A stretch of DNA of 55,560 bases, the filler included, from Sphacelaria rigidula (Eukaryota): NCBI GenBank assembly GCA_964200075.2. It is 4 parts of 4 records of this genome, joined end to end, with 100 filler letters (N's around TTAATTAATTAA, not from the genome) between each part and the next. Parts side by side here need not be neighbours in the genome. Positions count along the whole stretch, not along the records: positions 13,919 to 27,734 come from CAXNAA020002649.1; positions 27,835 to 41,648 come from CAXNAA020002650.1; 2 more parts are not named here. One strand, written 5' to 3'. Position numbers and translations under genes: made by a program. Positions 23,723 through 35,997 of the stretch are shown here, piece by piece. The notes under the pieces were generated by a model that saw nothing but the letters and a program-made list of their open reading frames with translations, was not told the origin of the DNA and searched no databases. How positions within the stretch are numbered: the first letter of the stretch is position 1; each line of letters opens with the position of its first letter.

Positions 23723-26700
23723 GACTGCGTCAACTCCATCCCCACAGCAACCCGGGGACGACCGCGCCGGAAACCTGTGACTCGCGCTGCTACAGCGCGA
23801 AACGGAATGCCCCGTTCAATAATATTTTTTTCCCCAGCAGCGTTTCTAACAGCGTCCAAGAGTGCGAAGCAAGACTTGTTCCCCATGCGATCAAGAGTGG
23901 ATTGCTGGACAAAATATGGCCCTCTTGTTGAGGAGTGAAGACACAGGGTGCGAAACAACACTGTACACCCTCCTCGCCAGTATTGCCCCGATGCGTTATG
24001 AAGTAGCGATACGGGACGGGGGGTCGTGCTCAAGATTTGCGTGTCCATGCCGGACCGATACTACGGTAGAGGTTGCACTTTTTTGGTGAAGACGTTCCTC
24101 GGGGCTGCTCGGGGTGTTGGACGGATCATTTTCGAGATTCGGCATCACTTTTGCTTGAAAAAGACTGAAAATGATGCCGATTCAACAAAATCTTCCTGCG
24201 TGCAAACGCCAGGTTTCTGGGAATCCGGTCCCCGGAGATTTGGGTTGCACAGCAAGCCCCATATTGTTGGACTCCTACATGAAAGAGACCCAGAAACAAA
24301 AAGTGCAACCCCTACCGTAGCATTTCTCGCCGTTTGAACATTGACTCCGAGAGGATGGGGGAGCGGAACAGGTGCAGGATTCTATGCATACGGTGAAAAT
24401 GGAGAGCCGTATCTCGCAGTAATCACGGACATGGGATTTGGATATCGATCCGTGCTCGGCATCATAGCAACAACAACAGGCATGGAGAATAAAACAACGT
24501 CTGCGCTAAGGATGGAGTATCCCGGTGCATCGAAAAAGTGAATGTGTTGAGCGTGCGCTACGCTGCTAGGTGCCCGTAGGTGGGGGACCAGTGGTTGAGG
24601 GAGGGACAAAACAACACATCTACGTGTCACCCAGAGAAAACGTCTGCTACTGTATTGCGTGGAAGCATGACCAGTTGAAAGTATCCTGCAAGCACTTCTG
24701 CTCACTTTGATTCGGTGCCACGCGCTGGAAAATGACCCCACCTAGGGAAATAAACGGAAGGAGACTTTTGGGAAGAAGTTCTCGTTTCGCACGCTAAAGA
24801 CCAATGCTTTGCCACAACTTCATCTTATGCCCCGCTCCTCGGTGACAGCAAGTCGGATTAGCCAAATCCGCTCTCAGGATATGGCGTCTGTGCTGAGTCC
24901 CCCCCCCCGCCTGCCCCCACCAAACACACAGCGGAACCATGAACCCCTCCCTCCCCCCCCTTCCTCACTCAAACATGCCAGACATTCAAGGAGTGGTTAT
25001 GATTTTGCTCGATATATCGCTGGCAGAGGGCACGGAGAGAATCGGCAATAGGAATACTTGGAACACACGCAAGCACACGATTGTAGTACAACAGTGGTTG
25101 CTCGAAAACGCAGGGAAATATAATCAACGCACCAAAGTTATACACGTCTGAAAAACCGAGTATTCGAGGCACAAAAACACGAATATATATGACGGCTCTA
25201 CGGCTGCACGACTGCGAATAAAATATTAAGAAGCTAGTGAAAAAAAACATGCGATTTTCTGGCTTTGGGCATCTCTTTCGTGCAACGAAAAACAAAATTC
25301 GGGAAAACCCTACTGACTGCAACACAACACGTGTTGTCTGTCCACGTAAACTTCAAAAATATACTACGGTCATCTCAATAAATGTCCGGAGTTCACGACC
25401 CATGTCCAGCAAACTGATCGCTACACGAATGGAAATTCGTTTCAGCGCGACCGCATATTGACTTCACGATGCGTGCTCAACCCACAAAAACCGAAAAGCA
25501 CGCGCGAGCACGGGCAAAAGTGAATGGAGCCCACCACAAAGCCAGAAGTGATAGGGGAGCAAGGGACGATGGTCAGCCCCGGAACACGATCAGAATAATT
25601 GCGTCGAGAAGCCCGCCCGTTATCCCGAATTCCCTCGCGCGCCGTCTACTACTCTGCTGTTTGTTTTCCCGTATGCTAAAACCACCAAACAAAAACTCTG
25701 CACCTTAGTTTCACCCAATCATATCAAGTCCTCCCCTGCCCCCTTCCCCCGCTCCCGGCCTCCCCCTTACAGTGACTCGCGTGCGCTTTAGTCCCCCACA
25801 AAGTATAGTATTCGGCCAATTGCCCATTTTTGCACTCGCGACATAATCAGGCATAGAAGAGCCCCGGGAGGGGTGGGTGGGGGGAGAGGAGGACTTGAGC
25901 CATGGCTTTCGTGTTGATGCGCGCGTACCTACACCTTATTCGATGGAGGACGCAGGTGATGTAGCGCAGCAGCAATCTATCGTTCGTCTCTCGCCCCTCG
26001 CGCAACAAAATAGAGTACGAGCCGTATGTCAATATTCACAATAATAATGCCTCGCACATACGCATACGCTGCACAGTTCAAATATGTTGCAGCAGCCCCC
26101 CCCCAAATAACAGTCATAAACGGCCCACACAGCACTTGGGGGCTGCATAATAGTGAACTCGAAAAAGCAGTCTCACGCACAAAATTACCCCGCGCGCGCG
26201 CGAGGACTAACAAAATTCCTGCTTGAACTATTTTAGGCTCGAAATATAATTGCTTTCTAGACTTGCACAACAACAAAAAACAGGGACTCCGACAAATATT
26301 TTTCGCCGGTTACAAACAAATGCAAACGGTATTACTGACTTTCAGCAGGATCCCTCCTTGGTTATCAATCCCCCAGTACGAAGTGAACGAACCTCAACTA
26401 CCTCGGAAAACCTTTTCGCTCAACATATAAAACGAGAACAACACATCAAAACAATTGGACATAATATTCACCCAACTTCGACTATCCCGGTCGTTCCGAT
26501 ACTTTTTTCAAAACCGCAAACTATCGTACTATCGTTCCAAATTTTCCACACCCTCGACAGTAGAATACACAGCAAAAAGTGTACTGCGTACAGTATATCG
26601 ACTATTGCGCCTGTTGCAACAGACGATGGATTCCATACTGTACTCGGTACATTTTTTTACAACAGAATCCCTTGTCCAGGGTGTGAATATTTCCTACGGA

Positions 26701-27338
26701 TTTTATCGACGCCCATGATTTTCCTCGCGGGGTATTCGCGCTGGAAACCCCTTGCACGAGGTAGGCAACGATGTCAACTTGCATATACGGACGCTACATG
26801 CCGTTCTTCGCGGCAATCTCGGATCTCACCGGGAGCAACAACCTCCTGCCAACGCCGCCCTCGCTCCTTACCCGAACAGGATTTCCTTGCCCTTCATGTG
26901 AGCTCCACCAACACCATCCCTCTTGTACCGAACCGCGTACCGCAGGCGACGGAATATAGCACCTCCGTTCACAACTTTTCCAAAACCTCGGGGTCCTCCA
27001 AAGCAGCAGAGCAGAGCGTGCTGCTGCTGCTCCGCCTAGATCCTTTCCCTTCGAGAAACATCTTGTTCCGAGATCTACGACCCTTCCCCAAACCTTTGAG
27101 TTCTCCAAAATTGCAGACTAGGGTGCTGCCACTCCGCCAAAATTCTTGTCGTATGGGACTCATCTTGCCCGAGATCTTCCCCAACGAAAGGGACCGCTCG
27201 AAAGTGCGCAAAATCTCGTGTACAGCACTGCTTCCCAAACCTCGGCAAGGGGTTGAAGAACATCCATCATCCACCGCGGTGTGTACATACTCCCGTCACC
27301 TGTAAAGCGACCTCCGCACACGGCCGCTATCACTATCG

Positions 27339-27598
27339 TCACATCAGAGCCGCGTCGGCGACGTGCACGGTCCTCTCGTGGCAACCGCTCGCCTGCGTTC
27401 TCCGGCTAACAATCACCTCCATGGAGGCCTCGTACACGATAAAGGTGGCGGCGTGCGCCAGTGCTGCGAACCAAATGCTCGGGACCAAACCGTGCACGAA
27501 CGACCGCAGCCCCTCCTTTCGCCACATGGTCGTTGCGGTTTGAATCATGTCGGGCCCCCCGGCAGCGGCCGTTTGCATTCGGTTCTTGATGACGTCGA
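27339..27598 (-). CDS. Mitochondrial carrier (SLC25/MCF) protein, terminal exon
   Basis: cccag| acceptor; (P)xDVIKNRMQT...MWRKEGLRSFVHGLVPS...ATFIVYE fits the Px[DE]xx[KR]x[RK] and EGxxxxxxG carrier signature. Confidence 0.85.
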
Positions 27599-27734
27599 CT
27601 GGGGGGCAGTGGGACGTACGTGGCGCAGGTCCAGCGAGGGGGGAGAGTGAGGGCCGGGGGGGGGGGGGGGGGGGGGGACTCATCACCACCCCCCCGGGAA
27701 TCACACACCCCCACCCCCCGCCCCCCCCCAACGC

Positions 27735-27834
27735 NNNNNNNNNNNNNNNNNNNNNNNNNNNNNNNNNNNNNNNNNNNNTTAATTAATTAANNNNNNNNNN
27801 NNNNNNNNNNNNNNNNNNNNNNNNNNNNNNNNNN
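27735..27834. other. Artificial contig-joining linker
   Basis: N44-TTAATTAATTAA-N44. Confidence 0.98.
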
Positions 27835-29500
27835 CAACCCCATCGGGGGTCCGCCCCTACAAAGCCGGGACGGAGCACGCCGGGTTCTCGCCGGACCAGG
27901 CTAAGGTTGGGTCGAGAGGGGAGGCTATTTGCGACGTCATTGCTCTCAACTCCGGGTCAGCCATCAGCCTTTCAAGATTGGCGGTTCTGCGTCTTGGTAC
28001 CTGTTTCCGCATCTTGCGATTGGGCGCGGAGCCGGACCTTTGCAGACACGAGGTTACGATCAGACTCGCGTTTCCCGGATGGTGGGCGGCGGACGGAGAT
28101 GTTGCGTACGAGTTTTCGGTCCGTCTGTCTGGTGAGAATGTAGTCAAGGCGATAGCGTCCCTTCCCTGCGTTGGAGCTTTGGAAAGTGTACGGGATGCCC
28201 CGCTTGGGTGTTCTGAAGAACTTATTGAGCACGGTAAGGCGTTGTTCCTCTGCGAAGGCCAAAAGCCTCTCACCGTTTTCGTCCAGTACGTCCCGCCTGT
28301 ATTCGCCAAGTACCTTGCTATCATTCTCTCCACACCCCTCCACTCGTTTTCCAGTGCAGGCGCTGGCATCCATCATGACGAATAGGTGTTCATTGCCAGG
28401 TACTTGTGGGATGGTATCGGATACGTCATCCCAAAACGTGTTCTTGTCGCGCAGTGCAGCGGTCTTCGTCGGGGGATATCCAACTTCAAATGATAATGCG
28501 TTGGATTTGCCGTAGTTCAAGTTTCACCTCCACAAGTCTAGTACTGAGGTACTCGACTGTAGCATTTTTGTCCTTTCATCTCCTGCAGGATCGACCCCTT
28601 GATAACGATCCCTACCTCATGTTGTCCTGCTTTCCCTTAGCCCCGATTGTGTCACCGGAACAGAATACCGTAAATCCTACCGCACTGAACACCGACTGGC
28701 CATCTGTTCTAGTTTCTTGCATACCCACGATATCGCAGCCCAGACGCCCACAAGGATTCAGGAAAATCTCGCTGTGGCCAATGCCGTTCGCACCTCTGAG
28801 AGCGAGCGTGCGAACATAATGGGTGCCGACAGTAAGCTCGCCGATCCTAGCCCTAGCCCTCGCAGTCTTTCTTCTCTTGTCGGCAGCGCTTCGATCTGCT
28901 TGTCTCCTGCGCCTATTTTTCCGAGCATCGTATTTTTTCTTCTCCCCTGTCCTTCTACATGCAAGTACATATTTCTGTTCTGCAATTGGCATTGCTCCGT
29001 GCGTGCTTGATATCAGACATGGTTTCGGGGGCAGCAGTCCCGACATGTCTCGACAGGTTCCACCACCGCATCGTTTCTTGTGCTTACACACGTGTAAATA
29101 CCTAGCAGCTCTACTCTTTTTGCTACGTGCCCCACGCTTTCGGCGACGGTTTTCCTGGTGCCACTGCCACGGGCTGTGCAGCCGCAGCAAATTTTGTCGT
29201 TGGGAAAAACTCTGTCGGGCAAAATTCCGCCGCATCAGGATTTAGTACCGTCATCATCGTCGAGCGTAAGCAGCAGGTGGGGAACCAAGACGATTGCTAT
29301 CCCGTTATTGCTGTTGCTGTTGTTGCTGCTGTCGACGATGATATCTTTCCTCTGCACTCCAGGTGTGTGCGTGCAGGGTGGCAGTGAACACACCCGCTCC
29401 TGGCGGGGAGGCAGCCCGGGGAAGGAGAAGGGAAAGCATGCATGAGTAACACATTGCTTCCCTACCGCGACAGACAAGTGTCCAAGTGACGAGACCGCGC
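27835..29500 (-). mobile_element. RTE-like LINE, 5' part (APE endonuclease), cut by contig start
   Basis: LTVGTHYVRTL, DIVGMQETR, VGYPPT, MMDASACTG, LDENGERLL, RLDYILTR, SDRNLV. One or more frameshifts near 28520-28612. Homologous to the LINE at 5020. The 5' boundary is approximate. Confidence 0.9.
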
Positions 29501-30414
29501 CTCGGCAAGGAGCAGAGCGTTGAGCAAATGAACTTGCTGGTGCTCAACTTGTTTTTCGAAACATTTCTTGGTTGGTTGTTGCTCCACTCGGTCACGGAAA
29601 AATGCTCAGGACCTGCCCGGGAGTCCCGTCTGCAGGGATCCCGTCAAGGATAGGATCTGAGGAGATATCACGATCTGGTCGTCCCCCAGACCCGTGGGGC
29701 AGTACGAGATGACCGTCCATGCGCTGCCAAAAAATTATATCATGTTGAGAAAATTGGGGCACGGACCCCAGAATGGTGCATGCACACCTCCGGTAGTCTG
29801 TCCATCCGATCCGCTCTCGTCACACCAGAGTAACGAACAATTGAATGCAGGCTGCAGGGTCGTGGAGCGGTCAGAGCCGAGAGCGGTATTTTTTCGCACA
29901 ATGGTGTACCCACTTTTGGACAGTCCCTGTCAAGTGGGGGGAGCTCTTTACGGAATCGGCTTCCACCATTACATGCACTATTACATACACCATTACTCCT
30001 GTGGTAGGTAAGGCCCAAGCCACTCCAAGGCTTGGTCCCACTTGCAGGTGGTCAATTTGCACTTGCATTATCGCGTCTTACTGACGGGCCCCGCCCTCAC
30101 TTCATTAATTTCAAAATTCTAAAGTGACAACAATGGTTGGAGTACATAAATTAGACAATGGTCTCACATGAGACTGCGAGTTGGCGCACGACCAATACAG
30201 TGCAAAGTTAGACTCGGCACTCGGCATATTGCAGTTCACTTAACCAAGTTCATGACAAAGAACTACGACCGCGTGTCCAGCCTTCACTCCCCCACTAAGT
30301 GCGTCTCACTCTGTGTTCGATTTGGGTCGACAGTCAAGCAACCCGTCGACTGCTGTAGGTCCTTTTTTTGCCCACTCTCGTACTCAAGTTTTTGGACTGC
30401 AGAGACTGGAAAAA

Positions 30415-30505
30415 AAAAAGACTTTCATCGGGATTCGAACTCACAAACGCGCCCGAGAAAGTGTTATTATGCTAGCTCGACCACGCGGGCGCGGCGCTGT
30501 TCGAG
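30415..30505 (-). mobile_element. tRNA-like SINE head
   Basis: Minus strand: TGGTCGAGCTAG (A-box-like) ... GAGTTCGAATCCCG (B box), then oligo-T; no full cloverleaf. Confidence 0.5.
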
Positions 30506-30801
30506 CAACGTGAAAATTTCAGCGTCGAATTAACTGTCGCTGTCTTCTGTTTCCGCACGATTGAAAATGATACCGGGGAGAAATCGCTGCGTGGTTCGCA
30601 GCCATCACCAGAGCACCCTTTCTAGCTATTTGATTGTCAGCGGCCTTCTGCAAGCCACCCGATGGGTTGGATTAGCATACGCATAAAATCTCACATCATG
30701 GGGTTAGCACACATTAAACAATCATTTTACCGGGAGGCGGCTCAATAGTTCTTGCGCTTGACTCACGTATATTAAAAAAGCGCATTGAAACTCTCACTCA
30801 C

Positions 30802-30923
30802 CTGCGTACCTAGGTCAAACGAGATGCCCTCCAAACGGCACAGCTTGAAGAAGACGGAAACGCACATAGATTGCAAACTCGAATGCCTCACACGGTTCAA
30901 GTATACGTAGTGCAGCATTTGAC
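30802..30923 (-). CDS. IQCH: IQCH-like protein, downstream exon
   Basis: Pyrimidine tract + ctag|GT (phase 1) ... CAG|gtgagt; QMLHYVYLNRVRHSSLQSMCVSVFFKLCRLEGISFDLGTQ resembles the IQCH C-terminal region. An alternative in-phase acceptor lies at 30998. Confidence 0.75.
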
Positions 30924-31075
30924 CTAGGCAAGTCGACGGAAACGAGTAAAAGATGGACGGCGTTGTGTTGCTGTTCCCCTCTTTGCTCGTGTGTGGTCCT
31001 GTACGGCACATTTGAAGTAGATATGAAGCAGATTTGAAGTTGGCAAAGATGTGCAGCATTTGAGGTTGAACTAAC

Positions 31076-33092
31076 CTTTGTTGTTGCGTTGTGTGTCATC
31101 CACCTGGTCCAGATCAGAATATTCTTTGTAGCAACCCAAGTCTCTCGCACCACCCGTACTCTTCGTCAGCGACCGGAACAAACAGAAGCTGAACGCTGAT
31201 TCACTCAAGCCAAACTCTAGTCCTGTTGCCCATAAGCGTGGTGCCTCCGCCTTGTTGTCCCAAAACACGACGAAGTGCAAGGACAGGTAACCCACCACAC
31301 CGCGTGCGAAAAGCTCTTGACCAACAGCCACCGACGCACCACGAAGAGCATCCGGTGACACACAGCTCTGAGGATGTGTGCAACCCACGTTTTGGTGATG
31401 CATATCATACAGCACTTCCGTTTCGGAGAGGAAAACAACTTTCCCGGTGGGCGAAAGGAAGAGATGGGTTGAGGGATACTTCCGACGTTCTGGGGCTTCC
31501 GCTTCTATTACGCCGCCGACCCTGGCGAGGTGTGCCAGAAAGCACCTCCAGCTGGGATATGCTTCTTTGCTACAGAGGGAAACGCAACGATGCAGCCCCT
31601 TGCGGAGGGTCTTCAGGACCTTAGCCCGTGCTAGTAGCTGTACATCTGGGTGATACCACACACCGGATATGGCACCATTGGCTCGTTCAATTTGTGCTCT
31701 TTCCCGTTTTAGCCCCGCCATACAAGCTACCTTCGCGGTGTCCAACACAGCCAAACCTCGACTGAATCGACAAGTGTCCACCTTGATGTACCATTGTCGA
31801 ACATACAGGTTGCACGCGATCAATTTGGTCAGCGAAACGATGAGATCTTCCTCATCATATATGTCATGGGCTCCAATGGGTGCGTTGACATCGGCAGCTG
31901 CGAATACGCGCTTCATGCCGGACTGGGTTTGCAGGAGGGCGCTCAAAGATGGTTCTGCCGAGAGAAGAGGCACCCCAAGAGCCACCGCCAGCCGTTTATG
32001 TTGCCAGTCAACCGCATCAGATATTATGGTAGCTGACCGCCCGTTAACAATCTGCACAATACGCCGAAGTGAAGTGGGAGAATACAACAACAACGAAGCT
32101 ATAGAAGCGTGAGCCCCGAAGAGATCCATATTCTCCGGGATCACAACGCTGAAGCGTGCGCGCACACGTTGAATCCCCCTCATCTCAAGGATTTTTCTGT
32201 GGTATTCGAGCACGTCCTCGTTCGGTGGCGATCGGGAAACACAAACTACATGGACTTTGGGATCCAGCAACCAATGTATACGTGGTATTTGATATTGCTG
32301 GCTATCGGGTCCATCTTCCCTTGTTCCCGTAAACGGAAGGTGTATAATGACCCTTTCGTCGTCCTGCCAGCGCCTCCAATCAGCCCGCAACCCTTTCTCC
32401 AGGTCCAGCCATTTGCAATCCATCTCCGTTCGACGGTGAAGAAGAAGGGCCGAGACCACTTTCCGGCACTTCCTTCCTCGCGCTACGCGCTGCAATTGAA
32501 CAGCGGCAAATCTACGGCCCTTCAACAGTAGAAAACCGGAGCGCTGCAAGAACCTGCGTGCAGCAGCCTGAATTGTGACTGTCGCCAGCTGTGCTGCTGA
32601 GGGCGCGTTCGCGACAAATCTCGTATGACGCAACAGAGGTCGGATCTGCTCCAAATTTGCAATGCAGCTGCACAAGTCAGCCTCGTCAACACGTTCTAGG
32701 TCAAACCTGGCAAGCTCACCGAGCTGCTTGCCGTCTATGACAGCGAGAGGCACTGCGTTTACCGTCATCACGTCTTCAAGAATGGCGACACACCGAGCGA
32801 TAGAGCTCCAGTCTGCCTGGTGAGTCCTTCTCAGGGAAGCAAACTCAGGGGTGTTGCGGATTACTTTCCCCTGCCATATGACGAAGTGATGCAGACTGTA
32901 TTCGTCAAGCAAGTCCATGTAACCGCGGATTCTGTTGATGTCTGACTTCATCCCGCCGTCTGAGGGCGCGCAGGCGTCTTGCGCAGGTGAAACAGCGGGA
33001 CCGCTGTCATGTGCATGCGTACCGCCGGCATGTTTCTGGTTTTCCGCAGCAGTCACTCGAACATCTCGGCCTGTTTGGGGTGAACGCCCGAC
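31076..33092 (-). CDS. IQCH: IQ-motif-containing protein H (IQCH)-like, 2-kb main exon
   Basis: 661-aa ORF with LLDEYSLHHFVIWQGKVIRNTPEF, two IQ motifs (TIQAAARRFLQR, QLQRVARGRKCR), RVIIHLP, QIPRIHWLLDPKVHVV, SLLLYSP, KRVFAAADVNAPIGAHDIYDE, GGVIEAE. Acceptor ccag|GTC at 33092, donor AAG|gttag at 31076. Confidence 0.88.
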
Positions 33093-33482
33093 CTGGCGGC
33101 CCGCAAACGCGGGAGAGAGTGTAACGGAAAACGTTGGTGCAGTTGATCGAATTTGTCAACACAACGCCACTATGATACCGTACTAGGCCTGACTGTGGTC
33201 TCAGAGCTCAGACCAAGATTTTGATGTCCTAAAAAAGCAAGGAACGAAGTTAGCCACAAAGGCACCCATTCCAGTTTCATGGGTCGACAGTGACAGTGCT
33301 TGACAGCACAAGGTGGTGGTATGTGACCATCATATATAATACGGCAAACTCCTGGAAGACGGGACATCCCTCGCTCCGATGAACTCCATCACGGCCGAGC
33401 TGCTGCCACGTGAGAGTGGCTAGCTATGGAATACTTTCACATCGAACGTGATGTAGTTTAGTGCATGGAAAGTACAGCTCGC

Positions 33483-33768
33483 CCTCCGTCCCAAATATTT
33501 GATTCGCCACGTCTGCACGTTGATACCTCTGTCGTTGTCTCACCGTTGAAATGTCGAGTAATGCGTTGTTGTGACCAGGGGCTATTGCTGTAGGCCGTTG
33601 GAAGTCACCGGGTAATGGGGTGTCGTGTATTTTAGCTGCTCGGTTGACCATCACGTTCTGCAGCATGGAACAGCTCTGTTCAGCTGGTGGTCCACCCGGA
33701 AACGCTCCATCCAGAGTCTTAGCTCGTAGCCTTATGGCGGCTTTGCGGTGACTTGCCTTCCCGTATAT
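33483..33768 (-). CDS. IQCH: Probable upstream exon of the IQCH-like gene
   Basis: tcacag|ATA acceptor at 33768 with an open frame. The donor is ambiguous: either ACG|gtgaga at 33544 (phase 0, straight to 33092), or G|gcgag at 33483 via a 50-nt exon at 33179-33228. Confidence 0.45.
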
Positions 33769-34838
33769 CTGTGATACGTGCACGATTGCGTGGTGGCGCC
33801 GGTGGAGATAATTAGAGGCGGCGATGACAAGCTTCGTACTATACTGTACAGTTGCGCCGTAGCAAGGGGGTCCTAGGGCTTCTCAAGAACAAGGCCACAG
33901 AAGCCCATCTCGCCTCAAACCAGTCGCGAGGACCGTGGGACAGAGGACTACTTCCTACTGCTCCTTCACTTTTACGCAGAAAAGGAATGTATTCGTGATT
34001 TTTTCGACTTGTTGCACAGAAAATTGTCACTCTATTACAGTAGATGATCTCTGCCGCAGTACTATACAGTATCGTGCAATACCTGCCTTGATTCAAGTGC
34101 AAACTTTCTCCCTCGCCGTTTAATCATCTGCTGTATGTGTGACGCAGAGATGAACGCTGCCGCTACGCACTACAAAGGGATGAACGGAAACATTCGATGA
34201 ATATGTCACACAAGTCTGTCGTGCCGTTGCCTTGTTCTCGCTTCCTTGTATTGCGTTTGCCAAAATGCCTGGTGTAAAGTTCCTCTACGCCCTACTTCGT
34301 TCCGAACACTGACAAAGCAGCAATCACATGTATAAACCATCAGCGAGCCTCTCGAACAAGCCATACTGCAACTTAAATGGCCCCTCTACGATGAGACTGA
34401 TCCAGACTCTAGTTCGTCTCACTACTCTCAAACCTACCCCCTATCCTGCACTGGGGGGTGATCGTCTTGTCGGCCATCACATTCGACGTGTACCAAGCTA
34501 TCAAGTGCTGCGCATGTTACTGTGCCATTCTATATATGTAGATATAACACGCTAACTATTTGAGGGGTGGAGACCTCACAGGCGGGTGTTGACACGGAAC
34601 ATTGATATTAACTTTCTCTTTTCGGTTGAGGCTGAACAACTCACATCGTCAAAGGGTGGAGCGACCCTTCGACCAGCGATCAAAATGTAACAGATTGTAA
34701 TGGATGAGGGTACCCAGGTACTAATGCCGCTGGGCGATAACGGGTGTCTGCACACGGTCACCAGCGACCCCAGGTCGTCCGGAAGAGAAATGACTTGACA
34801 GTATGGAAGATCAACTGCAAAAAATTGTTACTTGATTT

Positions 34839-35997
34839 CACACGTCGGACGGATCACTTCCTATAAGATGCGGGTTATTCAGCTCAAGTGTGAACACAAA
34901 TGTGTACCCGATTCGGGTGATACAGTTCAACCCATTATGGAACGGTCCTCGTGATCCGGATCTCATCGATGGAGAGGGAGGCATCTTGTACGGGTCATGA
35001 GGATACACAGGTTTTTCTTGACGTTTCGTGTACACCTGATTCGGGTTACATAGGTGTGCCCAAGGAGATCATGTACCGATACTCGGGTCATACAGATCAT
35101 CATCAGACAGACATGTACGGATCGCACGGTTCATACAGGTCATCTTGGGACAGATGTGTACGAATCACACGGATTGGCAGGTGACGACTACGGAATACTG
35201 CTTATTGTATACTTCCTTCGGATGCGCCGACAGTGCACATCTTCAGAAAAAATATGCAGCCCTAACGTGGAATCACCCGGAATGAAATATACGAACTTCA
35301 TGTTCCATATGCCCGGGTTGCTACAGCCAACACACGGACTTGTGAACATGCACATAGTACTCGGGCCATACGGGTTAGCAGGTGAGGATTACTGGATACT
35401 TTCTATCGTATACTTTATTCGAATGCGCCGACAGTGCACATCTTCGGGGAAAATATGCAGCCCTACCGTGGAACGACTCGGAATGAAATATAAGTACTTC
35501 ATGTTTCGTATGCCCGGGTTGCTACAGCCAACGTCCGGACTTGTAAACATGTATTGTACCCGGGCCATACACGTCAACAGGTGAGGGAGCTGAATACTGT
35601 TCTCTTGCATACTTGATCCGGATCTTACGGGTGCGAGAAAGGGTTTCTTGTACACTAAATTCGGGTTCCACAGGAAAGGGGTAGCTTTTGGTGTACATGA
35701 GATTCGAATCGCACGGGTCGACGACAAGTTACTGCGTTTGCCTGACCCGAGTGATGTCAATGACAACTATGCGATGTTGTACAGATAACACGGGTTTGCA
35801 GATCAGTTGTACACGAAAGTGTGTGAGTCAACTGGGTCGTACAGCTCGTCGCTCGGCAAACAAGCACGGGTCAAGCGGGTTCTACGGATCCGCATCGGAG
35901 AAACGCGTACGGGTGACAGCTCACCATGGACGGATCATGATCTATGTCCCAAATGAGCTGACCCAGATCTGTCACGAGCTGATCCGTCCGACGGGTG
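34839..35997. mobile_element. 1159-bp non-autonomous TIR element with a perfect 8-bp TSD
   Basis: CTTGATTT|CACACGTCGGACGGATCA ... TGATCCGTCCGACGGGTG|CTTGATTT; internal 201-bp tandem duplication at ~35170-35585. Confidence 0.92.

Noticed and set aside
26250-27305. 351-aa plus-strand ORF as a gene
   Set aside because: No recognisable motifs, it crosses a mini-MITE, and it lies antisense in the likely 3' UTR of the carrier gene.
29380-29430. HDV-like ribozyme in the LINE 5' UTR (minus-strand TCCCCGC loop-like motif)
   Set aside because: The flanking P3 bases do not pair and I could not build P1/P2; an Infernal or RNArobo search would be needed.
14917-33092. Functional HDAC / carrier / IQCH gene cluster
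   Set aside because: IQCH is on a different, artificially joined contig; HDAC and the carrier are simply convergent neighbours.
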